This document shows, in pieces, positions 1 to 9,240 of a stretch of 64,000 bases of DNA. The stretch covers positions 11,601 through 75,600 of the forward strand of contig JAJXUV010000010.1 of NCBI GenBank assembly GCA_021782495.1. Direction: 5' to 3'. The DNA comes from Pseudomonadota bacterium (GTDB lineage Bacteria; Pseudomonadota; Gammaproteobacteria; UBA1113). A program made the translations under genes and the position numbers. Below the pieces are notes generated by a model. The model ran no database searches, was not told where the DNA came from, and worked only from the letters and a program-made list of their open reading frames with translations. Each line of letters begins with the position of its first letter. Positions within the stretch are counted from its first letter, which is position 1.

Positions 1-244
1 CGCTTAGCCATTGCGCTGCATTTTGACAATGTTGAATATCAAAACTGGCATTGATTTCACATCGTGTAGCGCCTTCGCGAATCAATTTGCTGTCTGCTCT
101 GTGGCCTAAGGCGATGTCCAAAGCATCGATGACAATGGATTTACCCGCTCCAGTATCACCGGTGATAACGGTCATGCCAGAAGCGAGCGTCAAATCCAAA
201 TTTTCAATAATGGCAAAATTTTCAATGTGTATATGCTCTAACAT
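1..244 (-). CDS. recN: DNA repair protein RecN, N-terminal fragment (runs off window start)
   Basis: The reverse strand from ATG at 244 reads MLEHIHIENFAIIENLDLTLASGMTVITGDTGAGKSIVIDALDIALG..., a RecN N-terminus with Walker A GDTGAGKS. The nadK-recN order matches E. coli. The listed + ORF 51..272 is its antisense shadow. Confidence 0.85.
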   Translation of the reverse strand, partial: MLEHIHIENFAIIENLDLTLASGMTVITGDTGAGKSIVIDALDIALGHRADSKLIREGATRCEINASFDIQHCQNAAQWLS

Positions 245-276
245 CAGTAGCTATCCGTCTTTTTTTCACTAAAAGC

Positions 277-312
277 CCAGATTGGGCGCATCTTGCCTGC
301 ATCCCAATCTGG
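277..312 (-). terminator. hairpin between nadK stop and recN start (possible terminator/attenuator)
   Basis: 10-bp inverted repeat ccagattggg (277-286) / cccaatctgg (303-312). On the minus strand it is followed by a short T run. Confidence 0.35.
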
Positions 313-358
313 ACTTTGCAGTATTTCTAGATAAATGAGTAATTATTATCATAATATC

Positions 359-1243
359 TTATTCCGTAGGGTTTGCTGGTTTGTGCGCCCAACCCAATTT
401 GTTTCGCAGCGTTTCAAAATAGCGGTATTGTTTTGGGTGGATCAAACGCAATTCTTGTTTTTTTCTTCGAATGCTTAAACTGGTGCCGAGGGACAGTGGA
501 ATGCGTTCGTGTCCATCGCAACTCACGCGCGCATTGTTTTCACTGTAGGCAGTCAATACGATTTTAATGTGTTGATGGCTGTGAATGACGATGGGTCGAC
601 TCGATAAAGTGTGTGGAAACATCGGTACCAAAACAATGGCTTCCAAATGCGGCGATAAGATGGGACCGCCGCCCGACAAGGCATAAGCGGTAGAACCGGT
701 GGGTGTAGCGGTGATTAATCCATCGGCGCGTTGGCGACACACAAATTCATCGTCGATGTAAATTTCAAATTCGATCATGTGGGGCAGGGGGCCGGGCATT
801 AAGACAATATCGTTTAAAGCCGTTTCTAAATGCGGGGTGTCTAAGTGAAAAAGCGCTTCCAATAAAAAACGTTTTTCTTCTAGGTATTCACCTTTTAATA
901 CTTTTTCCACTTCGACGATGCAGGTTTTGGGATGAATGTCGGTGAGAAAACCCAATCGGCCATGGTTGATCCCCAATACCGGAACTTGATGATCGGCTGC
1001 AGCCCTAGAAACCCCTAAGAGGCTGCCATCACCCCCCAAAACAATGATGAGATCCACCTTTTGACACAATTCGTCTATCGGAATACCCTTTGTAGGGGAC
1101 TCTAAGCTTTGGGCCGTGTGCTCTTCCAGATAGGCCGTATAGTGATTCTTATTTAACCAATCTTCCAGTAGCTTCAGCGTTGGCGCCATGTTGTTTTGTC
1201 TGTATCGGCCGACTAAACCAATCCGTTTAAAAATTGAACTCAT
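359..1243 (-). CDS. nadK: NAD kinase
   Basis: 294-aa ORF with the NAD kinase GGDGS motif (IIVLGGDGSLLG), NHGRLGFLTD, and a C-terminal TPTGSTAYALSGGGP motif. Confidence 0.9.
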   Translation of the reverse strand: MSSIFKRIGLVGRYRQNNMAPTLKLLEDWLNKNHYTAYLEEHTAQSLESPTKGIPIDELCQKVDLIIVLGGDGSLLGVSRAAADHQVPVLGINHGRLGFLTDIHPKTCIVEVEKVLKGEYLEEKRFLLEALFHLDTPHLETALNDIVLMPGPLPHMIEFEIYIDDEFVCRQRADGLITATPTGSTAYALSGGGPILSPHLEAIVLVPMFPHTLSSRPIVIHSHQHIKIVLTAYSENNARVSCDGHERIPLSLGTSLSIRRKKQELRLIHPKQYRYFETLRNKLGWAHKPANPTE

Positions 1244-1314
1244 GTGATTACCACACTCAAAGAAATAATAGATAGAGCATAATTAAAAGCGGGGCAATAC
1301 GCAAGTTGAGCGTT

Positions 1315-1836
1315 TCATCGCAGATAGCCAAAAAGATAACTGCAAACAATGACTGAGGCCACAATTCCCACAAAATCGGCGATCAGTCCGGCGGGGATCG
1401 CGTGGCGAGTGAAGCGTATATTGACGACGCCAAAATAAACGGCAATGACATAAAAGGTCGTTTCAGTACTGCCCATGATCGTTGCCGCCAGATAAGAAAC
1501 ATAGGCATTGCCACCATGCTGATGAATAATGTCGACCAAAATACCATTGGCCGCACTGCCTGAAAAAGGTCTCATCAAGGCAAGTGGTAAAACATCGATA
1601 GGCATCCCTATTTTTTGTAAAAAGGGGCCTAAAACATGCTGGATGGAATCAAAAAAGCCCGAGGCGCGTAACATACCAATCGCCACCAACATGGCAACCA
1701 AGTGCGGTACAATGGCAATGCTGGTTTCAAACCCTTGTTTAGCACCGTCAATAAAAGCATTAAATACGTTGATTTTTTTATAAGTGCCATATAAAGGGAT
1801 GCCGACAACAAATAAGAGAAATAAGACCGTAGACAT
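1315..1836 (-). CDS. spmB: spore-maturation-protein-B-like nucleoside recognition membrane protein
   Basis: 173-aa polytopic membrane ORF directly abutting the spmA-like ORF. This is the typical SpmA/SpmB pair arrangement. Confidence 0.75.
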   Translation of the reverse strand: MSTVLFLLFVVGIPLYGTYKKINVFNAFIDGAKQGFETSIAIVPHLVAMLVAIGMLRASGFFDSIQHVLGPFLQKIGMPIDVLPLALMRPFSGSAANGILVDIIHQHGGNAYVSYLAATIMGSTETTFYVIAVYFGVVNIRFTRHAIPAGLIADFVGIVASVIVCSYLFGYLR

Positions 1837-2433
1837 TTAGGGATACACCTTATTAAAACAGCGAAGTCGTACCAACATTTTTATCGCGACGATCGCGGCA
1901 ACTGTTGAACAGATGCTGGCCAATAAACCACTGGCGATGACATCGGTGGGGTGTATGGCGCCACCCGCGGCTAAATAGGCAATGGCAGTGACCGGAATTA
2001 GCTGAATACTGGAAGTGTTAATGGCTAAAAATAGACACATGGGATTGGTGGCTACCCCTGGATAAGGGTTTAAGGTTTCTAAGGCTTGCATGGCTCTTAA
2101 GCCAAAGGGTGTGGCTGCATTAAGCAAACCCAACATATTGGCGCTCATATTCATCACCATTTCCCCCATGGCGGGGTGTTCTGCGGGTACTTCCGGAAAC
2201 AATCGTACCAGGACGGGGCGGAGCATTTTGGCAATCAAGCGCACCAAACCACAGGTCTCGGCGATGCGCATCAATCCTAACCAGAAGACCATGATGCCGG
2301 CCAACCCCAGAACCAATTCGAAGGCAGCTTTCGCCGAACTGGTGACAGCCGCAAGTACGGCATCTATTTGGTGGTTGATAATCCCAAATACAACCGAGGT
2401 GCCTATTAACAATAACCAAATAATATTGAGCAC
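1837..2433 (-). CDS. spmA: spore-maturation-protein-A-like nucleoside recognition membrane protein
   Basis: The ORF is open to 2532. A GTG at 2433 (VLNIIWLLLIGTSVVFG) preceded by ggaaagaga gives the typical SpmA N-terminus. The stop abuts the spmB start. Confidence 0.75.
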   Translation of the reverse strand: MLNIIWLLLIGTSVVFGIINHQIDAVLAAVTSSAKAAFELVLGLAGIMVFWLGLMRIAETCGLVRLIAKMLRPVLVRLFPEVPAEHPAMGEMVMNMSANMLGLLNAATPFGLRAMQALETLNPYPGVATNPMCLFLAINTSSIQLIPVTAIAYLAAGGAIHPTDVIASGLLASICSTVAAIVAIKMLVRLRCFNKVYP

Positions 2434-2561
2434 GGTATTCTCTTTCCTATAGGACGAAGACCCATTATACCAGGTTAATAAGCGGTGTTCATGGTCAAAT
2501 TCAAGACAAATTAGGGACTTGTTTTTTTCCAAAAATAATGTAAAATGATGCCTTCTTCCAC

Positions 2562-2634
2562 GGGTCGTTAGCTCAGTCGGTAGAGCAGCGGACTTTTAAT
2601 CCGTTGGTCGATGGTTCGAATCCATCACGACCCA
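2562..2634 (+). tRNA. tRNA-Lys (anticodon UUU)
   Basis: gggtcgttagctcagtcggtagagcagcggacttttaatccgttggtcgatggttcgaatccatcacgaccca folds as a cloverleaf: 7-bp acceptor gggtcgt/acgaccc, anticodon loop cuUUUaa, T-loop ggttcgaatcc. It is near-identical to E. coli tRNA-Lys. CCA is not encoded. Confidence 0.95.
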
Positions 2635-2689
2635 CATCCCTCATCCATATAATATTATTTTAATAGACATTTGTATTTTAGGAGAAAAT

Positions 2690-3265
2690 ATGAAAAGTGT
2701 GGCTGTATTTTGTGGTGCTGCGATGGGATCGGAGCCAGAGTTGTCAAAAGAAGTGGTGAAGCTGGTTTATTTGCTGGCAAAACACAATATCGAATTAATT
2801 TATGGCGGTGGAAAAGTAGGTATTATGGGTTTGGTTGCCGACACTGCGCTCCGATGTCACTGCAAAATTGTGGGCGTGATCCCCGATTTTCTCATAGATA
2901 GAGAGTTAGCTCACCCGGCTTTGTCAGAATTGATTGTCGTAAAATCCTTTAACGAAAGAAAAGAAGCCATCTACAAAAGAGCAGATGCTTTTATTTTATT
3001 GCCCGGCGGCATTGGTTCTTTGGATGAATTTTTTGATGCTTTAAATCAAATGCACGTCGGACTACTCAGTAAGCAATTTGGGATTTTAAATTCGATGAAT
3101 TACTACAGTCCCATCTTAATGCAACTTCACAAGGCTACAGAATTGGCATTCATGAAGCCCCAAATGTACGATATGATTAAAGTGGGTTCTACCGCGGAAT
3201 CCTTGATAGAAGAAATATTGAATAGCGAACCCTCTAAAATCAATCGGTGGATGGAGGTGGATTAG
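2690..3265 (+). CDS. LOG family (TIGR00730-type) nucleotide phosphoribohydrolase
   Basis: 191 aa with GGGxxGxMG (YGGGKVGIMG) and the PGGxGTxxE-type motif (LLPGGIGSLDEFFDAL). Confidence 0.85.
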   Translation: MKSVAVFCGAAMGSEPELSKEVVKLVYLLAKHNIELIYGGGKVGIMGLVADTALRCHCKIVGVIPDFLIDRELAHPALSELIVVKSFNERKEAIYKRADAFILLPGGIGSLDEFFDALNQMHVGLLSKQFGILNSMNYYSPILMQLHKATELAFMKPQMYDMIKVGSTAESLIEEILNSEPSKINRWMEVD

Positions 3266-3434
3266 ACATCCTTACGGAAACATTAAGATGCCAATATTCC
3301 CCCTCTAAATTGTGTTTTTTTCATTTCTTTTTTATTCGAAAAATGAGAAAATGTTTTTATCTCGAATCGATTATATGAATCCATTTGAGATGGGTTTTTA
3401 AGTTAGTTTAATTAATATTATTTGGAGCGAAAAA

Positions 3435-3677
3435 ATGAATAACACAGTCAAAAAAATGTTAGCAGTCACTGCTTTAAGTGCTTTAACGGTCGTTGGTTTT
3501 GCTGCGCGTCCCACAGTGGTAACAGCCACTCCGGCAGCGCCCGCAGCAGTGCCTACAGTTGTAACAGTAGCTCCGGCGGCAGCTCCTGCAGCGCCAGCAG
3601 CTGTTGCTAGACCAGCACTAATTCCAACTGCAGTTGTGACGGCAGCCCCAGCAGCCCCAGCAGTGGTAGCAGCTTAG
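3435..3677 (+). CDS. small secreted Ala/Pro/Val/Thr-rich repeat protein (hypothetical)
   Basis: GGAG about 8 nt upstream of ATG. N-terminal signal-like MNNTVKKMLAVTALSALTVVGFA, followed by low-complexity PAAPAAV repeats. No recognisable family. Confidence 0.45.
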   Translation: MNNTVKKMLAVTALSALTVVGFAARPTVVTATPAAPAAVPTVVTVAPAAAPAAPAAVARPALIPTAVVTAAPAAPAVVAA

Positions 3678-3702
3678 TTCTATCACTAAAGTGTGAAAAG
3701 CA

Positions 3703-3727
3703 TGACACTGGTTTACCACCAGTGTCA
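3703..3727. terminator. hairpin between convergent genes (3435..3677 and trhO)
   Basis: 10-bp stem tgacactggt / accagtgtca with a 5-nt loop. On the minus strand it is followed by tgcttttc, consistent with a trhO terminator. Confidence 0.5.
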
Positions 3728-3737
3728 GCTTGTCTCG

Positions 3738-4586
3738 CTAGGGCTTGTTTACACAATAAGGACAAGACACTTCAATCACATAGTCAGGACTTTGTTGTTC
3801 TGCGGGTAATAAAGGGTTTTGACAGTTGTAACACAAAATGGCCGCGGTTTCTTCTAAATGGGGATCGAGCGCAACGCGTTTGTCAAAGACAAAACAATCC
3901 CCTCGATAATGCGCGCCGCCGCATTGTTCGAAATAATTGAGAATACCGCCTTCCAATTGATACACTTCTTGATAGCCTTGTTGTTCCAAAGCCACCGAAG
4001 CTTTTTCGCAACGAATGCCTCCGGTGCAAAACATGACGAGCGGTTTTTGTTTGACTTCTTCGGGCAATTGATGGATGCAAGCCATCGGAAAATCTCTGAA
4101 ATGTTCTAAGCCATCGAGTGTAGTGGCTTTTTCAAAAGTGCCTAGACGCACTTCATAATCGTTGCGCGTGTCTAATAAAATAAAATCGCGCTGATTGTCC
4201 AGCCATTCTTTTAAAGTGTGTGGTGAAAGAGTAGGGGCTGTGTGCAAAGCGGGTTGGATCTCGGGCATTCCCAGCGGGATAATTTCTTGCTTTAATTTCA
4301 CCAACATTCGGTTAAAAGGCTGGCTTTCAGACCAGCTTTGTTTGTATTGTGTGGAAGCCATGTCCAATTCTGCGAATAAAGGGTCTTGATGGAGATAATC
4401 CATGAAGGCCGTGATAGCCGATTTGCTGCCCGCCAAAAATAAGTTAATGCCTTCACTACTCAATAATATTGAGCCTTTTAAAGCTAAATTGTGGCACAGG
4501 ACTTGGAGCGCTTCTCGACGTTCAGGTAGCCTATCGACGCTGACAAAGCGATAAGCCGCAATGTTTAAAACCGGTTTAGTTTCCAT
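3738..4586 (-). CDS. trhO: rhodanese-domain tRNA uridine(34) hydroxylase TrhO (YceA/UPF0176)
   Basis: 282 aa. Rhodanese active-site loop FCTGGIRCEKAS and a C-terminal Cys cluster CYNC...CPYC, typical of the YceA family. Confidence 0.85.
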   Translation of the reverse strand: METKPVLNIAAYRFVSVDRLPERREALQVLCHNLALKGSILLSSEGINLFLAGSKSAITAFMDYLHQDPLFAELDMASTQYKQSWSESQPFNRMLVKLKQEIIPLGMPEIQPALHTAPTLSPHTLKEWLDNQRDFILLDTRNDYEVRLGTFEKATTLDGLEHFRDFPMACIHQLPEEVKQKPLVMFCTGGIRCEKASVALEQQGYQEVYQLEGGILNYFEQCGGAHYRGDCFVFDKRVALDPHLEETAAILCYNCQNPLLPAEQQSPDYVIEVSCPYCVNKP

Positions 4587-4726
4587 AACATACTCTAAAA
4601 TTGAACAAAATTTGGCGCTATTATAACAAAGGGATGTTATTTAGGCTAGGCTGCATTTTGATCAAAAAAAGACCATACTTAAGGTGCTTTAATTGGTTGT
4701 ATCAGCGGCTCAAAAAGGAGCGGATC

Positions 4727-4984
4727 ATGTACAAGAATATTAAAAAGAGTTTGGTGGTGTTGACTTTCAGTTTCTTGTGTTTGTTACAAATTGGTTGTGG
4801 GCCCAGTATCGGAGTAGAAGGTTATTATCCCTTGGGTAGCCCCTATTATTACAGAGACAGCAGTGGTTACTATTGGGGAATGCCTGAATATTACCCTTAT
4901 AACAATAATGGCTATCATGATGGTTATTTTTTTGGAACGCCAGAGCATTCCTACCACAATGAAGATTACAGGCGCGGTTACTAA
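4727..4984 (+). CDS. Tyr/Gly-rich putative lipoprotein (hypothetical)
   Basis: ATG at 4727 is preceded by aaaaggagcggatc. Signal plus lipobox LLQIGC, then a Y/G-rich tail. The 4601 start on the ORF track lacks an SD. Confidence 0.45.
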   Translation: MYKNIKKSLVVLTFSFLCLLQIGCGPSIGVEGYYPLGSPYYYRDSSGYYWGMPEYYPYNNNGYHDGYFFGTPEHSYHNEDYRRGY

Positions 4985-5016
4985 GGTGGTTTCCACGATA
5001 GGCGATAATGTTCAGG

Positions 5017-5910
5017 TCAATTTTTAGCATACAAGAGATAATATAGTCTTATTAATAAGATAGACAGAATGATAATGAAAATAAATTCGAAAATAGAGTT
5101 AATGCCTACATAAACACCTTGCATAAAGTAAACGCACAAGGGTATGAGTGCCATTAAGAGTGATGTCTTTACTGCACCCAAATTAGAAATGGCTTTTTGT
5201 ACACTATATACCGGAAAAATAGTGCTCAAGAGAGATATGAATAAAAAATCATACCATTTATCTATTGTAATGTGATACAAGTCAATCTGAGTAGGTAAAA
5301 AATAACAAATTACTAATGAGAAAATCGTTATAAAATAAAATCTGGTACATACCACATCAATCCATGGTACTTGATTTTGTCGCTGTAACTTATCAGTGTA
5401 GCAAATGTATAGAGAGGAAACAAAGGCGGATAAAACAGTGCAAAATAATCCCATAAAAACTTCTAAATACGGAGGGTGTTTTACAGCATAGTACCCGGAA
5501 AGAACAAAAAGAATTAGAGTTATAGAGGCTAGAGTATAAACGGAATTTTTTTTGACAGCTTGTTTCTTAATGAAAATCGAAAACAACGGCAGAGAACCCA
5601 TAAATACAGATATAAATATGGAGGGTTGAATTAGTTTTAAGCCATAAAAGGTTCCGAGCCAGATAATCAGTGTGAGTGTATTTGTTGTAAAAAATGCTTT
5701 TTTATTATTATAAAAAAAAGCATAAGCCGAGACAATTCTCTTTATATTGATTAGATTAAACAAAAAAATGCATAGAGAAAATGCAATAAAAGTAAGTAAA
5801 AAAGTAGGTATGTTTTTCTCAGCATCATGAATTAAAACCATAGAGGCTGCTGTAGATAAAATGTAAATAGTCACTGGGCTATAATCTGATAAACGAATCT
5901 TATTAAACAT
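5017..5910 (-). CDS. polytopic membrane protein, DMT/EamA-like transporter by size and topology
   Basis: 297 aa with about 10 hydrophobic segments in two halves and a GGAGG SD. Very AT-rich. Lies 30 nt downstream of the ATP-grasp gene on the same strand. Confidence 0.55.
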   Translation of the reverse strand: MFNKIRLSDYSPVTIYILSTAASMVLIHDAEKNIPTFLLTFIAFSLCIFLFNLINIKRIVSAYAFFYNNKKAFFTTNTLTLIIWLGTFYGLKLIQPSIFISVFMGSLPLFSIFIKKQAVKKNSVYTLASITLILFVLSGYYAVKHPPYLEVFMGLFCTVLSAFVSSLYICYTDKLQRQNQVPWIDVVCTRFYFITIFSLVICYFLPTQIDLYHITIDKWYDFLFISLLSTIFPVYSVQKAISNLGAVKTSLLMALIPLCVYFMQGVYVGINSIFEFIFIIILSILLIRLYYLLYAKN

Positions 5911-5940
5911 AAGGCCTCCTAAAATAGGGAAATGGTTGTT

Positions 5941-7167
5941 CTATAGCAGGGAATGAAAGTCAAAATTTATATCCGCATACTGATCGCTGCTTAATAAGAA
6001 TTTTGCAGCAATGTCAACTATAGAGCTACTTTTTTGGTCACTTTTAATCGGGTTGCTTATCCATAATCTAGAAATCTTAGATTTAAAACTTTGTTTATTT
6101 ATTTTTTCTAGGAAAGGGTGCTGATAAGGAACAGAGGCTTGCAGACAATACAGATTAGGAATTCGATGAAAACTTATGTCCCTACCTAATTTTGAAGCAA
6201 GGTCTAAAGTAAATAAATTTATGCCATACATTTCTTCGTACATATAAGCTATCGAGATTCCTGCTGGTCGTACTGCTGCTTCAAGGAAAAAAATATTCCC
6301 ATTTGCGTTAACGAATTGCTCAACATGGTATGTTCCATTCACTTTTCCCAGAGTTTCAACAGCCAAAATAGCATGCGCATCTAGTTTTTTCTTCAGATCT
6401 TCATTCTCCTGAAGTACTAAACTGGCAATAATTTTTCCTTTGGCAAACAGGTGGTTTGGGTATGTGTATTGACATGTCTCAATAAAAATCACTTTGCCAT
6501 CTTTTAAAACAATATCTGTATGATAAAGATTTCCATCTATGAATTCTTCAACTTCATACTCAAGAGTGCAGTAAATTTGTTTAGATAAAAAACCCATAAA
6601 ATCATCTACATTATTTACGATAAAAACACCAAAACTCCCGGCATATGCACGTGGTTTAAGGACAAAAGGGAGTCCAAATACATTGGTTAAATAGCAGTAA
6701 TAATCAAGGGCGGCATTTTCAATTTTTTCTTTTGAGAAATTTTCATACTTTGGAATGCGAACACCGGTGTTTTCAAGGGCCTTTTTCATGATTAGTTTGT
6801 CTTGAAATTTAGAAGTGAGGGATTCACTGGGTCCAGGAATACCTAATTCATCTCGTAGTCTCCCGATTAAACTTATATTGATTTCATCGATGCAGATTAA
6901 AGAAAAGGGTTCTTCTTTGAAATTTAATGTCATTTCCTTCGTAACTATTCTTTTTATTTCTTCATACCCGAATTTAACCAGTGGGCCATCGCTGCAAAGT
7001 TTATCAGATATAGCGTATATCTTTGAAAAAAACTTTTTTTTATCTTTTGGGAAAAAATCGAGGCATGATTCTAAAATGATTGCAAAATATCTATCGCCAT
7101 TTTCAAAGATTTTTTCAAAGTCATAATTATCCATATACTTGTGAGAAATAAATCCAACGACAGTCAT
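5941..7167 (-). CDS. ATP-grasp domain protein (carboxylate-amine/L-amino-acid-ligase-like)
   Basis: 408 aa. Central ATP-grasp-like block (FVLKPRAYAGSFGVFIV ... EEFIDG ... FLEAAVRPAG). AT-rich. Confidence 0.7.
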   Translation of the reverse strand: MTVVGFISHKYMDNYDFEKIFENGDRYFAIILESCLDFFPKDKKKFFSKIYAISDKLCSDGPLVKFGYEEIKRIVTKEMTLNFKEEPFSLICIDEINISLIGRLRDELGIPGPSESLTSKFQDKLIMKKALENTGVRIPKYENFSKEKIENAALDYYCYLTNVFGLPFVLKPRAYAGSFGVFIVNNVDDFMGFLSKQIYCTLEYEVEEFIDGNLYHTDIVLKDGKVIFIETCQYTYPNHLFAKGKIIASLVLQENEDLKKKLDAHAILAVETLGKVNGTYHVEQFVNANGNIFFLEAAVRPAGISIAYMYEEMYGINLFTLDLASKLGRDISFHRIPNLYCLQASVPYQHPFLEKINKQSFKSKISRLWISNPIKSDQKSSSIVDIAAKFLLSSDQYADINFDFHSLL

Positions 7168-7214
7168 ATACTTACCCCCGATAATTCAACAAGTTACGCT
7201 TTTTACGGTTGTGC

Positions 7215-7232
7215 TATTACTGTACAGTAATA
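7215..7232. promoter_or_regulatory. perfect 18-bp palindrome upstream of the ATP-grasp gene (operator candidate)
   Basis: tattactgtacagtaata is its own reverse complement. It lies about 50-65 nt upstream of the ATP-grasp start. Confidence 0.35.
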
Positions 7233-7281
7233 TGAGGGTTAAATGCAATAGGCGATTTTAAGCTATATTTTGGTTAATTTC

Positions 7282-8466
7282 CTATTCCATAAATACCTGT
7301 AACTGTTGTATGGCTTCTTCCAAAGTTTCCATACTGCTGGCAAAAGACAAGCGAATGCAAGAGGGTGCTCCGAAAGGGGTGCCCGCGACGGTCGCCACTT
7401 TGGCTTCGGTGAGAAGATCTTCAGCTAACTGCACATCGCTTTCGTACTTCGGGTTATCTTTCAACCAAGCATTAAAATTCGGCAATAAATAAAAAGCGCC
7501 TTGGGCTGAAATGCATTCCACGCCCGGCAACGTGTTTAAAGCTTGTAGCAGGAAATCATGGCGTTTTCTAAAAGCTTGATTCATCGTCTTAATGCTGTCT
7601 TGTGGACCGGTGATGGCTGCAAGTGCTGCCATTTGTGCAATCGAATTGGGGCAAGAGGTCGTTTGAGATTGAATGTTTTTCATTTGTGAAATAACTTCTG
7701 CAGGGCCTGCTGCGTAACCGATTCGCCAGCCGGTCATCGCATAACTTTTGGAAGCGCCATTGATCACGATGGTTCTATCTTTTAATTCAGGACACACCAT
7801 CAACACATTGGCAAAGGCATTGTCGCTCCAAATCAAGTGTTCATAAATGTCATCGGATAAAATAATGACCTGGGGATGTCGAAGCAACACTTCTGCTAGC
7901 GCTTTTAATTCTTTCGCACTGTAAATCATCCCGGTGGGATTATTGGGACTGTTGATCATAAAGACACGCGTGCGGGGGGTAATCGCTGCTTCTAATTGCT
8001 CAGCCGTTATTTTAAATTGTTGGGTGTGATCGCTGTGGATCAATTTAGGCACGCCTTCAGCCAAGATGACCATGTCTGGGTAAGAAACCCAATAAGGTGC
8101 TGGAATCAAGACTTCATCGCCCGGATTTAAAATAGCACACAAGGCATTGGCAATCGCTTGCTTCGCGCCCGAAGTGACGATGATTTCATTGCCCGCATAA
8201 GTCAATTGATTGTCGCGTTTGAATTTCTCTTGAATGGCAGCTTTCAAAGGCGCAATCCCATCCACGGCCGTGTATTGTGTGAAATTGTCGTGAATAGCGG
8301 CAATTGCGGCTTCTTTGACGTAATCTGGCGTCGGGAAATCGGGTTCGCCCACACTAAGGCTTAATACTGGGATCCCCTTGGCTTCTAAGGCCCTGGCTTT
8401 AGCATTCATGGCCAAAGTCGGAGAGGGTTGTAATTTGTTTAATCTGTGGGCAGTTGTGATGGTCAT
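7282..8466 (-). CDS. class I PLP-dependent (aspartate-type) aminotransferase
   Basis: SKSYAMTGWRIGY with the PLP lysine, NSPNNPTG and GEPDFPTP motifs. ATG at 8466 (MTITTAHRLN) has a GAGG SD. The ORF is open to 8502. Confidence 0.9.
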   Translation of the reverse strand: MTITTAHRLNKLQPSPTLAMNAKARALEAKGIPVLSLSVGEPDFPTPDYVKEAAIAAIHDNFTQYTAVDGIAPLKAAIQEKFKRDNQLTYAGNEIIVTSGAKQAIANALCAILNPGDEVLIPAPYWVSYPDMVILAEGVPKLIHSDHTQQFKITAEQLEAAITPRTRVFMINSPNNPTGMIYSAKELKALAEVLLRHPQVIILSDDIYEHLIWSDNAFANVLMVCPELKDRTIVINGASKSYAMTGWRIGYAAGPAEVISQMKNIQSQTTSCPNSIAQMAALAAITGPQDSIKTMNQAFRKRHDFLLQALNTLPGVECISAQGAFYLLPNFNAWLKDNPKYESDVQLAEDLLTEAKVATVAGTPFGAPSCIRLSFASSMETLEEAIQQLQVFME

Positions 8467-8579
8467 AGGGGCCTCGTTTAAGAAATTTTTTAACTTTAGC
8501 AATATCTTATCATATAATTTTTAGTGGTTGTATATATCCTTCGAAATACATAAAGTTTTCATTTTAAACAACAAATAAG

Positions 8580-8607
8580 TTGACAAATTGTACTCTTATG
8601 ATATACT
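8580..8607 (+). promoter_or_regulatory. sigma70-like promoter of the RHH-MazF pair
   Basis: TTGACA (8580-8585), a 16-nt spacer, then TATACT (8602-8607), about 30 nt upstream of the antitoxin start. Confidence 0.45.
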
Positions 8608-8638
8608 ATTGGTATAAGTTTATAGAAGAAAAGGGGCA

Positions 8639-8884
8639 ATGATGTCATCTTTGATTTCGGTACGTTTAAATGATGAAGTGCTTGCAGATATGCGCCATAA
8701 AGCACAACGCTTGCATTTGTCTCAAGCAGAATATATTCGTGAAGCCATTCTTCGTTTTAATGTGGTATTGGAGCAAAAAGAAAGAGCAGAGCGTTTAAAA
8801 AAAGCGAGCTTGAAAGTGCGTGCTAATAGTATGGAAGTAAATAAAGAATTTAGTGAGATAGAGCATGACCCTGATGTTGAATAA
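8639..8884 (+). CDS. ribbon-helix-helix (CopG-like) antitoxin
   Basis: 81 aa. N-terminal RHH pattern ISVRLNDEVLADMRHKAQRLHLSQAEYIREAI. Overlaps the toxin gene by 20 nt. Confidence 0.7.
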   Translation: MMSSLISVRLNDEVLADMRHKAQRLHLSQAEYIREAILRFNVVLEQKERAERLKKASLKVRANSMEVNKEFSEIEHDPDVE

Positions 8885-9218
8885 GGGTGAAATTTGGCTT
8901 GCCAATTTAAATCCAAGTAGAGGTACCGCACCTGGAAAAATGCGGCCTGTTTTGATAGTACAAGATCAAGCTCTTTTAGAGACTAAACATCCGTCTACAC
9001 TCATCATTCCTTTAACAACGGCCTTAATTGAGGGGGCGGCACCTTTAAGGCTTAGAATTACTGCAAGAGATCGCTTAAAACAAGATTCTGATTTACTCAT
9101 CGATCAAATTCGCGCTGTTGACAATAAGCGTTTATTAGAAGGTCCGTTGACTCTGTTAAACGAGGATATTCTCAAAATAGTTTATAAAGCGGTTTCTGAA
9201 GTAATGGGGATGGTGTGA
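8865..9218 (+). CDS. MazF/PemK family mRNA interferase toxin
   Basis: 117 aa. GEIWLANLNPSRGTAPGKMRPVLIVQ is the characteristic PemK/MazF N-terminal block. Confidence 0.8.
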   Translation: MTLMLNKGEIWLANLNPSRGTAPGKMRPVLIVQDQALLETKHPSTLIIPLTTALIEGAAPLRLRITARDRLKQDSDLLIDQIRAVDNKRLLEGPLTLLNEDILKIVYKAVSEVMGMV

Positions 9219-9240
9219 AAAATTTCAACAAAATACTATT

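Noticed and set aside
51-272. 73-aa + strand ORF at the window start
   Set aside because: It is the antisense shadow of the recN N-terminus, which translates convincingly on the minus strand with a Walker A motif.
4601-4726. N-terminal extension of the lipoprotein ORF (start at 4601)
   Set aside because: There is no SD, and the extension lacks signal-peptide character. ATG 4727 has GGAG and gives a proper signal/lipobox.
7215-7232. tattactgtacagtaata as a LexA SOS box
   Set aside because: The gammaproteobacterial SOS box is CTGT-N8-ACAG. Here CTGT and ACAG are directly abutted, so it does not fit. It is kept only as a generic operator candidate.
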